Positions 1-11,470 of a DNA stretch of 64,000 nt are shown here, piece after piece (position 1 is the first letter of the stretch; every line of letters begins with the position of its first letter). This DNA comes from a virus. The stretch is from IMG/VR virus record IMGVR_UViG_3300018018_000001, positions 1 through 64,000 of that record. One strand, 5' to 3'. Position numbers and translations under genes: made by a program. The notes under the pieces are model-generated. The model saw only the letters and a list, made by a program, of their open reading frames with translations, was not told the DNA's origin and did no database searches.

Positions 1-437
1 AAAGGTTTCTGCGGTTACTGCATGAGACCTAATGCCCCTAATTTAAAGGATGTTCAGATTAGAAAATTCTTTGGGCATTGTCATTCTCATTTACGATGGT
101 ATTCTTCAATGCCTATGTGTTCTGAATGTAGAAAATATCTTTTTGGGATATGGAAATATTATCATGCTTAATTTATTGGAAAGATTTTGGGAAAAGATAG
201 TCAAATTTATTAAAGAGGCAGTGGAATACTTAGGACAAGATTTCACTGGATGGTGGGGAATGTAATGCCTCCTGAACCTGAGTATTTTAAATTCAAATCA
301 GACGAAGACATTAATAAAATGATTGAGGGCCTTAGTGTTTATCAAATGGGGATCTTTAATGTGGCTATGGAAACCTATAATGATAATCGCCATGCTCTTT
401 TTATTACCCGAAGTTTCCCCCCTGCAGAGAGAAAAGA

Positions 438-656
438 ATGATTCTTTTGGATAAAATAGGTCATCTTGTTAGTGATACCTCTCTGGAGGAACTTCATGAG
501 TTTGCCAAGAAGATGGGATTGCAAAAATTTTGGTTTCAAGAAGGTAAGGGTAAGCATCCTCATTATGATATATGGGGAACCATGCGTATGAAAGCCATTA
601 AGTTGGGAGCTACCTTAGTGAGTTCCAAGGATATAATCAAGAGAGGGATAAAGTGA
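438..656 (+). CDS. DUF4031-like small phage protein
   Basis: Motif LEELHEFAKKMGL..WFQ....HPHYDI is typical of the family as I recall it. Confidence 0.6.
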   Translation: MILLDKIGHLVSDTSLEELHEFAKKMGLQKFWFQEGKGKHPHYDIWGTMRMKAIKLGATLVSSKDIIKRGIK

Positions 657-853
657 ATAAATGCCCCGTAGCTGGTTATGATTGTCCTTATGCATTATCA
701 GATGAATCCCCGCTACCTTGTTTTGCTAATCCTGAACAGTGTAAGGCATGGAGAGATAAAATGGCAAGTAAAGAATTAGGGCTTAATTCTGAAGAGGGAA
801 AAGAGAAAATAACAAGAAAGGTAAGAATGGATTGATGACTGATTGGGATAAAT

Positions 854-1756
854 ATGCCATATAAGAATTTAGAGAAAAGAAAGTTATATCATAGGGATTA
901 TTATAGAGATTACATGAGTAATCAGGGAAGAATCTATCGTGAAAAATCAAATCAAAAAAGACAAGAGGAAATTGGGGGTTATAAAAAGGACCTTCTTTTA
1001 GAATATAAATTTAGAAGGATTCAAAAGAAATATGGAATAGAGGGATTAAAGGCATTTGAACGAGATATGTTTAGTTGTTCATTATGTGGAGAGTGGGATT
1101 TTAGAGTTTTGGAAATGCATGAATTGTGTAAACCATTTAATACTTCCTCAAATTTGAGAACACTTTGTTCTAACTGTCATGCAAGGGTTACATTTGATAA
1201 TGGAGAACAAAGAGATATGATTTTTCCTGTTGAATACTGGGACTCTCATTTTATGAGGGTGGCTGAATATTATGGACGAAATTCATCTTGTTTTAGTCAA
1301 AAGTATGGTGCTGTGATTGTTAATCGGGATGAGTTTAATGTCCCTTATATTGTGAGTATAGGAAGAAATGGACCTCCTATTGGATTTCCTCATTGCAATT
1401 TGAGAAATCCAAATCAGGAAGAAATATGTAGCCGAAGACTAATGGGTTACAAAAGTGGGGAAGGGCTAGAATTTTGCCCCGCTGCTCATGCTGAGTCTAA
1501 TGCTATTACTTTTGCTGCAAGAGAGGGTAGATGTACTGATCAGTCTACTTTGTATGGAAATTTTTGTATACCATGTAAAAATTGTTCCATTGATATTATT
1601 CAAGCTGGAATAAAAGAAATAGTTATAATTGAAGATCGAGAATACCAATCTATAGGAATTAAATCAAAAGATTTACTTGATGGGGTGGGGATTAAAATAA
1701 GAATTATAGATGAAGTTAAGATAAAAGAGAATGCATACAAGATAAATGGAGAATAA
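854..1756 (+). CDS. dCMP deaminase with N-terminal HNH-like extension
   Basis: C-terminal part has the deaminase Zn motifs AHAESNAI and PCKNC plus YGAVIV. N-terminal part has CSLC...LEMHE...NLRTLCSNCH (HNH-like). A possible internal start is ATG 1217. Confidence 0.85.
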   Translation: MPYKNLEKRKLYHRDYYRDYMSNQGRIYREKSNQKRQEEIGGYKKDLLLEYKFRRIQKKYGIEGLKAFERDMFSCSLCGEWDFRVLEMHELCKPFNTSSNLRTLCSNCHARVTFDNGEQRDMIFPVEYWDSHFMRVAEYYGRNSSCFSQKYGAVIVNRDEFNVPYIVSIGRNGPPIGFPHCNLRNPNQEEICSRRLMGYKSGEGLEFCPAAHAESNAITFAAREGRCTDQSTLYGNFCIPCKNCSIDIIQAGIKEIVIIEDREYQSIGIKSKDLLDGVGIKIRIIDEVKIKENAYKINGE

Positions 1757-3642
1757 AATGCCAATGACCGATGAAGAAATGAATGAGAAAATCAAGGCTT
1801 TGTCTGAAGTTTTACAGGCTGATGATGTTAGGCATTTGATTGTGGGAATTCATAGGGCAAATAAAATGATGTGTCTCAGGATGTTTGCCAATGATGCAGA
1901 GGTAGTCAATATGATTTTGACTATTCTCAATTACAATCAAAGAGCTTGGGATATGCTGTTTGAAAAAATGAGCCAGCTAGAGGCTATCAAAATGCATATG
2001 ATATCTAAGGAAGGAGGTAACACATGAAAGACGCTGACACTCTAATTGATTCCACTGAAGCTGAAATGATTCAGAAGCTAGTTGACATTGGTTGGAACAG
2101 AGAAGCTGCTGAAAAAGAAGTAAAGAAAAAATTGGTAAATGCCGAAGAGGAAGATAGGTATAAAGGTGATTAAATAACTGGAGGTAAATATGGATTTTGA
2201 CGAAGCAAGAAAGAAAGTAGAAGCTTTGGGTGTAGAAATTATGAGGGCGGGATTTGGCCACTTAATGATTTGTTCCAGCTTACATAATGATAAAGAGCCA
2301 CAAGATATGTCTGAAGAAGTAAAGATTGTAATGTTTGCTTATGGGAATTCCCAAGTAGTGGCCATGCTGATTAGTGAATTGTTTAGACAAAATCCAGACA
2401 TTTATAAACAAATTAAGATTGGAATTGCCGTGGAAAATCTTAATAAATGCATCGAAGAGGCTAACCAAGAGGAAGAGGCTGGAGAACAGATTGACTTGGG
2501 ATTCAATCCTGAGGAGGGTTCCTTTCCAGAAGGTGATAAGGGGGGTAACTGTTAGTGGATGATAATAGTTTTAAACTTTTGATGTTTTTACTCTATCCAT
2601 TATTTATTCTTGGAATGGTCTATTTCTTCTTGAGTCTTCTTTGTGTAATATTAAAGTCTCTTGCTTCTTCTATAAAGAATAAAGAGGTTGAGAAGAAATA
2701 TGAACCTTTTGAACCTAAGTGGAGGAATTAAATGTCTTGCGGAAAGATGTGTCATGATCCTGGATGCTATGATGACACAGAGCATTACTGTCATGATAAT
2801 GATTGCAATCCCGAAAGAAAGATTTTATGGAATATTAAGAATTTCTTTATAGACGTAGTAAGGGGGGAGAGGGGTCTTACCCATGAAGAATGTAAGGGTG
2901 TACTAACAGAAATAAGTAAATATGTCAAGGATTAAACATGATTTTGAATTTGAATAGAAGGCAAATCCGAAGACAGATCCAAGCCCTGAGTCTGGCAATT
3001 GACTACCAAGAAACCACTATTGATTCCTGGAGAAATGGACTTAGGATGTGGCATGGAAAGATAGAGAGTTGTTTTTCAAATGATCCAGAGGCCAGGAAGG
3101 ATATAGCCAAGTGGTGGTGTGATATTAAGGCTTTCAAGAGATTAAGGGAAACTCTTAAAGAAAAAATAATGAAAAAGGAGAAAACATGAATTGTCCAGGT
3201 TGCGGAAAGGAAGTCAAATATTCTCATTCATGGAAAACATTGGTGGGATATATTTCAGTAGAAGGGCATAACCATGATGATAATTGTCTGATAAGGGAAT
3301 ACTATTGTAAAGACTGCAGATTACTCTGGAATGAATCCTTACGTAGGAAATGTTCAGTTCCGGGTTGCAAGTGGGTGGGAAAAGAGGAATGCTTTTGTCA
3401 TAAAGGAAAGAAAGTAGATAGGTGGACTGATTAAAATGATTTACAAATGGCATGTCATTGACTTGGAAAAAGAAACATCTTTCATCATATCTACTGATGT
3501 ATTTGGTAGGATTTTAGGTAGTCCTGAGAAAAGTGTGCATGATGAGTTTATAAATTATCCTGATCGATATGAAGTAATGCTTCTAAAGAGAGGAGAGTTC
3601 AATGGCAAGAAGACCCAAGAAAGGAAGATTCATATAAGATAG
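1746..3642 (+). CDS. Block of about 9 small hypothetical accessory proteins (e.g. 1746-2027, 2190-2555, 2732-2935, 2938-3189, 3186-3434, 3436-3642)
   Basis: Tightly packed or overlapping + strand ORFs with AGGAGG-like RBS. Several are Cys-rich. No family recognised. Confidence 0.6.
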
Positions 3643-3643
3643 T

Positions 3644-4339
3644 ATGATTTGTAATTATGGTTGCGGAAAAGAAGCAGTATATCAATTTAAGAATGATAAA
3701 TGGTGTTGTTCTATAACTTATAAATCTTGTCCAGAAGTTAGAAAGAAAAATGGTTTTTCTCAGAAAGGTAAAAAGAAATTTAAAAAAATACCAAGATTAA
3801 AACCCAATTTTTGTGATTATGGTTGTAATCAAGAAGCGAAATTTAAACTTAAAAATAATAAGTGGTGCTGTAATAAAAATTGGGCATCTTGTCCTGAGAT
3901 TAGAAGAAAAAATAGTGAATCTAATAAAGGAAGAATAAGTCCAACTTTTGGTAAAAAGAATCCACCCCTCTCTGAAAGAAATATAAAAGGTAAGTGGAGT
4001 AAAGGAATACCTAAGTCAGAGGATTCAAAAAGAAAAAATAGTGAATCTCATAAAGGTGAAAAACACCCAAATTGGATAGATGGACGTAGTTATGAACATT
4101 ATCCTCCTGAATTTAATAATCAATTTAAGCTTCAAATTAGGGAAAGGGATCATTATACTTGTCAACTTTGTTTTAAATACGGTAATAATGTCCACCATAT
4201 AGATTATAAAAGAAAGCATTGTGTTTCTGATAATGCAATTACATTATGTAAAAGTCACAATTCTAAAGTGAATAAAAATAGAGAGTGGTGGGAAATTTAC
4301 TTCAAATTGTATCTTTTATTGAAAAATAAAGGAGATTAA
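3644..4339 (+). CDS. HNH homing endonuclease, paralog family A
   Basis: Two N-terminal YGCGxEAxYxxKNxKWCC modules and the C-terminal RERDHYTCQLC...VHHIDY...LCKSHNSKVNKNREWWE. Confidence 0.8.
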   Translation: MICNYGCGKEAVYQFKNDKWCCSITYKSCPEVRKKNGFSQKGKKKFKKIPRLKPNFCDYGCNQEAKFKLKNNKWCCNKNWASCPEIRRKNSESNKGRISPTFGKKNPPLSERNIKGKWSKGIPKSEDSKRKNSESHKGEKHPNWIDGRSYEHYPPEFNNQFKLQIRERDHYTCQLCFKYGNNVHHIDYKRKHCVSDNAITLCKSHNSKVNKNREWWEIYFKLYLLLKNKGD

Positions 4340-4340
4340 A

Positions 4341-4823
4341 ATGTCTAAAAAAGTTAAACAAAAAAGTTGGGTAGTTAAGATTAAACGTGTTGTTGAAGAG
4401 GAACTTATCTGTGAGCCTTGCACTGAGGAAGAAGCTGAGAATGAACCTCTAAAATTCGCCGTGGACAGGCGTGAATTAGAAACTACTGATTATTCAGTAT
4501 TGAAGGTGGAACCAAATGATTAGGGGGATATTATGTCAGAAGAAAGAATAGCTTGTAAATATTGCATTATGGATAAAGGATTAAAGGGAAGTGAATTAGA
4601 ATCTTTACCTCAAACTGATGAGGAATTTTCTAATCATATCGAAAAAGAACATCATATTCCTGTTAGAAGGGATAATGAAACAGATGAACAATGCTTAGAA
4701 AGATTTCAGAGAGAGAACCCTGAAGCTGGTGGACCAAACTGTAAGTGTCCAAATTGCTGTCATGAAAGAGATCGTAAATTGGTTGGTGATGCTTTAAAAA
4801 ATATTTTAATGAAAGGAATATAA
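4341..4823 (+). CDS. Two small hypothetical proteins (4341-4523, 4533-4823)
   Basis: ORF track. The second ORF has a CKYC...H...H zinc-finger-like pattern. Confidence 0.5.
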
Positions 4824-4840
4824 GAAGTTAAGGGAACCAA

Positions 4841-5176
4841 ATGATTGACATAATTTCATTACTGTTTTTGGTTTGGATTCATTTTATTTCTGACTTCATT
4901 CTGCAGAGTGATAAAGTGGCTAAGAAGAAGAGCAAGGAATTTAACTGGCTTGCTTATCACTCTTTTGTTTACGCATTACCTTTTTTGCTTGTGGGCCCCT
5001 CTTACTCTTTGATAAATGGACTTCTTCATTTTTTTGTGGATGGAGTCACTTCAAGAATAAATAGTGAACTCTACAGTAAGGGTAAGATCCATTGGTTCTT
5101 TGTGGGAATTGGATTCGATCAGGCGATACATATTACCATGCTTGTATTGACCTTCATTCTAATTTATGGGAAGTAA
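4841..5176 (+). CDS. DUF3307-like membrane protein
   Basis: HFISDFILQS, HSFVY, HFFVD and DQAIH motifs within hydrophobic segments. Confidence 0.75.
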   Translation: MIDIISLLFLVWIHFISDFILQSDKVAKKKSKEFNWLAYHSFVYALPFLLVGPSYSLINGLLHFFVDGVTSRINSELYSKGKIHWFFVGIGFDQAIHITMLVLTFILIYGK

Positions 5177-5178
5177 AT

Positions 5179-6413
5179 ATGAAAACTGAAAAGGAAATTA
5201 TGTGGCATTATGTTGAGAAAAAGGATTTGGGAAAGAGGAAGGCAAATACCGCTTGCGGGATCTCTATTTGGAGTTCTGGATTGTCAACCTGTAATCCCAA
5301 ATGGGTTGAGTGTAAGAATTGTTTGAGAGTTATTGAGGCAAAGAAAAAGAAAATAACCAGGAGATTGGCTAAAGTATCTAAATGGAAAGCTCTATTACCT
5401 GATGGTGGTTTTTCTAAAATATCTAAAGGGTTAGAAGATTTGGCCAAGAAAATTGATAAAGCGATAAATGGGAGGTGGTAATGAAAAGAGAAGATGGTGG
5501 TATGACGTTTTATCCAGGTGAGTCTCCCTGGATTGAGCCCCCTGCTGGTAAAGAGAAGAAGGGAATGAAAGAGAGATTGAGATTCAAAATTATTTCCAGA
5601 GGGGGAGAAATAGCTGCTTTTCTGAATCAGAGTGACAGGGATCTTTGTTTAGGTCATTTTCAGGAAGTATATGACGATTGCCAGTTTGAAGCCAAGGATG
5701 AAAAAAAATGAAAAAGGAATCCAATGGAATTAGCTTCTTAGCTAAAGTGATTATAGGGGCAGCGGCTATGTTCATTGTTGCCTATTTCTTGGCCATAGTC
5801 CTGTTTTCCATTGTGGTTGTGAGTAAGGCTAAGGACATAGACGAGCATGGGGGAGTAAAGGCCCTGATTGAGCGCATATGGGAAGGAAAGAAGGATGCCC
5901 AGACAGGTAAAGGCCCTGGAAACAAATAAGCCCTGGAAGCTTAAAATAGGCCGAAAGACATTTAATATAAGATTCCTTGGGGATATTTGTGTGGCTATCC
6001 ACTATCGGGATGAGATTTACAAGAAAAGACAGGAGAAAGAGAAAAAATAAATGAAAATCCTAAAACAATCTGAATTATTAAAGACCATAGCCGAAGATTA
6101 TAGAAAAGCATATTTCTATGATGGTAATTTTGAAAAGTGTTATTTTGGAAAGGCTGGGGACCATCAAATTCATTATAATCTCTTGTTAAATGCCAAGAGT
6201 ATCCAGGAAGTCAATGAAATTATTGGTAATGCTTCTTGGACTAATCTTATTTGTTCTGAGTGCGGGGTTGATTCCACTATCGTTTTGGCATTTGAAACTT
6301 CAGATTATGATGATTTATACTTATGCCCTTCATGCCTGGAGAAGGCAAATTTACTTTATTTAAGTTCTCTTTATCAGGATGAAGTATCTAGGGCAAAAGG
6401 AGAAAAAGTTTAG
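5179..6413 (+). CDS. Block of small hypothetical proteins (5179-5481, 5475-5711, 5708-5929 single TM, 6051-6413 Zn finger)
   Basis: ORF packing and RBS, a hydrophobic helix in 5708, CSECG...CPSC in 6051. Confidence 0.55.
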
Positions 6414-6641
6414 TCCTACTCCTATTTTGGTGCTACTTTTTAAACTTTCTCTTTTTCATATTCCTTAATAATATTCTATTCTTATATCACTTTCCCTACT
6501 GTTGCAAAAACGCTGCGGGTTGCTAACTTCCTTAATGATTCTATAAGCTTTCCAACGAAACAGCCTGGTCAATGATCGAAAAGGGTATTACTATATATGG
6601 ACGGTGAAAAATCATGAAAAAATAGATTAAGGAGGTTTAAT

Positions 6642-8246
6642 ATGAGTAAGGCTAAGAAATTAATCAATTTTGTGGAACAAGATAAAATTAAAGAGGCAGA
6701 GGAAAAAGTCATAGTTATGGTTAATGATAAGAGGGGTAATGAGATGAAGGCCGAAGTAGTTAATCCTCATGACCTATTTAATGATGATATGGGAGGAGAG
6801 CCCTTCTGGAAACATATCTACCTCCTTCAAATGCAAGGTGGTAATTTTGTAATTAATTCTGATAATTCCCAGGAAGCTATTGATGAGTTTATTGACTATT
6901 GTGAGGATAATGCTCCTGGACTTATTTTGTCTGATGAGGAAGAAGAGGAAGCCCAGGAGGATGGTAGCCTTGATGATTATGTCCAGGGCGGTAATTCTGG
7001 TAGATACTTGAATGAACCAATTATGAGGGAACAAATGAGAGAAATCAATTTTGGTGATATTAAGAGGGCATAAATGTCAATCTGTTGCAACGGAGGTATA
7101 GATGGATAAAGCAAATAAGCTTATAGAGGTAGTGGAAAAGTCAATGCCCGATCTTCCAGGTGGAGTAGAGGTAGATGAATACTTAGCAGATTTCCTATCA
7201 GAAGTTCTTGGTATTGATGTTGAAACTATTAAGAAGAGATTATCCAATGCGAATATTTATTCCCTGAAATCCTTTGTTGATGGGGTAAATGGAAAGAAGA
7301 GTTTATAATGGATAGAGCAGAAAAATTTATTAAGGCTATAGGAGAGGGTTCAAAGTTAATGGCCAAGTCAGGTCCCATTACAATTATTGGTGGTAGACCT
7401 GATACCCGTTTTGGTAAACCTCATGAATTGATTATTAAAAGTCTTCATGACGGAGAAGCTGAATGCTCCGCAGGGGATTGGTCTTATAGGTATACTGGAG
7501 AAGTAACCAAGGAAACAATTGAGGCAGAATTTCAAAAGCATTTAGGAAAACTAGGAGAGAGTATAGATAAGGCAAAGAAATTGTTACAGGAATTGGAACA
7601 GATGGATTTATATGAATCATTTTAATTAGGAGAAGCTGCTTAAGGCTGAAGGTTTGTTATAATGAAAGCTAAGGAATTAATTAAATTTTGTGAGGATGAG
7701 GTTATGACCCCGGCCACTATGGAACAGGCCAAGAAAAGATGGGGTTATACCAAATCCGTATTGGCCAATGATGCAAGAGCCTCCTTTAAGGCAGGGACTA
7801 ATTGGATGCTCATGGGTCAATATCCTACAGTGGTTAGTTCTGATAAGAAGTTTATCCTTTATTTTACTGATGATAAACATGGTCATATAGCTGGATTTCA
7901 GGGAATCCCTCCAGGGATTTCCAGGAAACAGGCTGATTGCATTCTCCAGGGTGGGGTGTGCGGAGAGGCTAAAGAGGAGGAGTTTTAAATGAATGCTAAA
8001 GATTTAATTGATTTATGTGAAAAATCTCAAAAGAAAGATGAGCAGAATATCCAATATTGCGGGAATGGTGTTTGTCCCTCTTGCAAGGGTAGAGGGCATA
8101 CAGGTTCAGGGCCTTGCTTGTTATGTAGAGGTTCTGGATTAGTCCAGAGTAAGAAACCTACACTGGTGAATCTTGGTTCCCAGGAAAGGCCGATAACCCC
8201 TTCTAAGGGTAAGAGTAACCTTACCAAAGACCCTTCATTCCTATAA
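6642..8246 (+). CDS. Cluster of five leader-bearing small proteins (6642-7073, 7102-7308, 7308-7625, 7662-7988, 7989-8246)
   Basis: N-termini are MSKAKKLINFVEQ, MDKANKLIEVVEK, MDRAEKFIKAIGE, MKAKELIKFCED and MNAKDLIDLCEK. The 7989 ORF has a DnaJ-like CxxCxGxG motif. Confidence 0.75.
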
Positions 8247-8255
8247 GAGGAAATT

Positions 8256-8915
8256 ATGAATCTTATAGGTAAAACTTTTAACTTTCTTACAGTAATTGGA
8301 AGAAGTGAAAGAAAATCTAGTAGAGATTCTTATTGGTTGTGTAAATGTGTTTGTGGTAAGGAAAAGGAAATTAAAGGTGGAGATTTAAGAAATGGTCATA
8401 GCAAAAGTTGTGGTTGTTATCAAAAAAGTAAAGCAAGTAAAAGAATGAGTAGTGTTAATAACCCAATGAAAAATCATGAAATTTCTATGAAGCAAGGACA
8501 TAATAAGGGAATAAAAACAAAACCACATAATCAAGAAACTATAGAAAGACATAGGCAAGCGTGTTTACGGAATTGGAAGAGTAATGAATATGTAAGGAAA
8601 CAAATGAAAGCTAAAGGAGTTAGTCCAAACAAAACTGAATTGAGATTTGAAAAATTACTTAATGATCTTTATCCTGGAGAATGGAAGTATGTAGGTGATG
8701 GTCAAGTTATTCTTGGGGGTAAATGTCCTGATTTCATTAATATAAATGGACAAAAGAAGATCATAGAGCTTTACGGGGATTATTGGCATAAAGGAGATAA
8801 TCCAGAAGATCGGGCTAAAGTATTTGAACCATTTGGCTATCAGACTTTAGTAGTTTGGGAAAAGGAATTGAGGGATATGAATAAGTTAAAAGAAACTATT
8901 ATGGAGTTTGCCTAA
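8256..8915 (+). CDS. Vsr/DUF559-like PD-(D/E)xK endonuclease with an N-terminal LIGKxFxxLTV..WLCKCxCG module (family B)
   Basis: PNKTELRFE...GKCPDF...IIELYGDYWH...LVVWEKEL. Confidence 0.75.
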   Translation: MNLIGKTFNFLTVIGRSERKSSRDSYWLCKCVCGKEKEIKGGDLRNGHSKSCGCYQKSKASKRMSSVNNPMKNHEISMKQGHNKGIKTKPHNQETIERHRQACLRNWKSNEYVRKQMKAKGVSPNKTELRFEKLLNDLYPGEWKYVGDGQVILGGKCPDFININGQKKIIELYGDYWHKGDNPEDRAKVFEPFGYQTLVVWEKELRDMNKLKETIMEFA

Positions 8916-9784
8916 TGGGAAAAAATAAAGTCAGTCCGGCTTATAAAGTAACACCCTATTTGGAAAAGCTAATGGAAAAAGAACCTTGTGTTGCAAGACA
9001 GTTTGTTCCCTCTCCTGAAGAACAAGAAGAATTGGTTGGTGACTCTCCTGACCCTTTGGGGGAAGATGATCATATTGTCTGTCCTAAATGTATTCATAAG
9101 TATAAAGATAGGGTTTTGATTATAACTTCCAACTTGTGCTTTAGTAATTGTAGATTTTGTACCCGCAGGAGGATGCTCAAGAAAAGAGAGTCCATCATTA
9201 CCGATGGAGAGGTGGATAAGATAGTAGATTATTTGAATGAACACAAAGAGGTAAGGGATGTAATCATATCAGGTGGAGATCCCCTGATATTACCAAATGG
9301 GGTTTTAAAAACTATATTATCCAAGATAAGGAGGGTAGAATCAGTTGAAATTATTCGAGTCGGAACCAGGGCTCCCATTGTGCAGCCTAAAAGAATTACA
9401 GTTAAGTTGGTCAATATTCTTAAGAGGTTTGCTCCACTGTATATTAACATTCATGTTAATCATCCTGCAGAGCTTACGCCCGAAGTCAAAAGGGCCACTG
9501 ATTTAATGGCAGACAATGGGCTCATATTGGGCTCACAGACTGTTTTGCTTAAAGGAGTGAACGATAATGAAGCGGTAATGCTTGAACTTGTGCAGAAATT
9601 ACTCAGGTTCAGGATTAAGCCCTATTACACATATCTTTGTGATCATGTTTTAGGTACTAGACATTTTTGGACTGATGGAGATAAAGCTATTGAAATGCTT
9701 AGAAATATTCAGAAAAGTACAAGTGGATTATGCCTTCCTCACTTCGTAAGGGATACCGAAGAAAGAAAGGTTCCTTTGGCATAA
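8915..9784 (+). CDS. kamA: KamA/EpmB-family radical SAM aminomutase (lysine 2,3-aminomutase-like)
   Basis: HKYKDRVL, CFSNCRFCTRRR (CxxxCxxC), SGGDPL, IRVGTR, HVNHPAE, QTVLLKGVND, PYY and a C-terminal KVP at the PLP-lysine position. Confidence 0.88.
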   Translation: MGKNKVSPAYKVTPYLEKLMEKEPCVARQFVPSPEEQEELVGDSPDPLGEDDHIVCPKCIHKYKDRVLIITSNLCFSNCRFCTRRRMLKKRESIITDGEVDKIVDYLNEHKEVRDVIISGGDPLILPNGVLKTILSKIRRVESVEIIRVGTRAPIVQPKRITVKLVNILKRFAPLYINIHVNHPAELTPEVKRATDLMADNGLILGSQTVLLKGVNDNEAVMLELVQKLLRFRIKPYYTYLCDHVLGTRHFWTDGDKAIEMLRNIQKSTSGLCLPHFVRDTEERKVPLA

Positions 9785-10032
9785 AAAGCGTACGGTTCTC
9801 TTTAAAAAATGTTGCAAAAATAACACATTGATAAACTTTGGGGGAAATATGAATGAAGAAAAGAAAGCTGTGATGCTTTACGATATTAAGTTGGAAGGTA
9901 CTCCGATAACGATTAATAATACGTTTCGGAATCAAAGACACCTGAATGCTGCTGAATCCATTATCAAGAAGATAGTGGGGCTCAAGAAAGAGTATGATGA
10001 CTTCATGAGGGGGTTGGAGAGGTAAGGGTAAG

Positions 10033-11451
10033 ATGAATAGAGCGAAAGAAATCATAGGATTTGTTGAGGAAGAGGAACTTAAGATTCATATCCTTTATCC
10101 CGATGACAGGATGGTTCCCGGGAGTCAGATAATGTCTTGGGCTGAGGATGCATTTGCCAATGGGGAAATAGACCATAAGCCTGAGGATTTGTTTGATGCC
10201 ATTGCCATGCTTAATGATGCTGGGATTATTACAACCACAGAAGGGAATAAATAATTATGAAAGCTATTGAATATATTATGGAACATGGTAAAGTGGCTGT
10301 AGAGGCAAAGCCAAGGTCAAGTATGTGGAATACAAAGACTTGGCATGTTAAAAACCTGGATGGTTCAATGTTTGATACAGTGGCTAAGACTGCTTACGGT
10401 GCTGTCAAGGCTTGGGCTGAGAAAAAGGGAATGACCTTTCCTGATTTTGAGAAAACCAAGTATCGTCAAGAAGGTGAAGATACTGTAATAATTGAGGGGT
10501 AATTATGCCATTACTTTTTATTCAAGGTGGACAAAGTGATCTTTATCGTAGGAAGAGTAGTTCAGTAACTTTAAGTGATGCTCTTTACTTGGCCAAATTA
10601 AACCATGAATATAAGAGAGCTTCAACCCCTGAAGAGAAGAGGGTTATAGCCGATAAAGCCATAAAGATAGCTAGGGAAAAGTATGGTGATGACCTGGAAG
10701 TGGTGGAGGGGAAAATGAATAGAGCAAAAGAATTGGTTAAATTTGTAGAACAAGAACCCGCACCACAACCTCCGCAACCGGCTGCCCAGAATTCTCCTGC
10801 CCCTCAAGCTTATGTTCCTAAGCAAGGGGATAAGGTTAAGTATAATGGCCCCGAAATTCCTGGATGGAAACCTGGATACACTGGAAAGGTAAAGCAAGTT
10901 TATAACGCCAGGACAGGAGGAACCCATGGAGGTAAGCAAGCTGGTGGGGGTGGGACAAAAGTTTCTCAAGCAGCAGTGATTATCATAGATCAAACCAAAC
11001 AAGAACTTACCGCTTGGGCTAAGGATTTACAGAAAGCATAAATGGAGAGTGTATGAAAGCCAAAGAATTAATTAAACTTGTAGAGGAAGATCCAGTATCA
11101 ACCCCTGATTTCAATCAAGCCTTGCATGATTTTATCTTTGATTGCCAAGGTAAGATTGATGCTTACTTTACCAAGAATTATGATCAATCCAATCCCTCCA
11201 GATTAGAGGTTCAAGAGGGGCCTAAGCGTGTCCACATCATTTCTACTGGCCAGGGAATAAAGGGTGATAATCCTACAAGAGATGGTCAAAGATCCTCTTG
11301 GGCCTTGGTAGATAAAGAGACTGGTGACGTATTCAAACCTGCAGGGTGGGGTGTCCCGGCCAAAGGTGCAAGGGCAAATATATTTAAGAAAGAAACATGG
11401 GCTAATGTAGGTCCTTATGGTCCTGCTTATGCTAAAAGGGGTAGGAGATAA
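10033..11451 (+). CDS. Leader-bearing small proteins (10033-10254; 10257-10502 weak leader; 10505/10715-11041; 11053-11451)
   Basis: MNRAKEIIGFVEE, internal MNRAKELVKFVEQ at 10715 with its own GGAGG RBS, MKAKELIKLVEE. The 11053 ORF carries the GDVFKPAGWGVPAKGARANI motif that I recall from phage proteins. Confidence 0.75.
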
Positions 11452-11470
11452 TGAGGGCATTAACGTAGCA

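Noticed and set aside
6409-6480. Minus-strand micro-ORF MKKRKFKK with an RBS-like sequence
   Set aside because: It is only 8 codons long with no supporting evidence.
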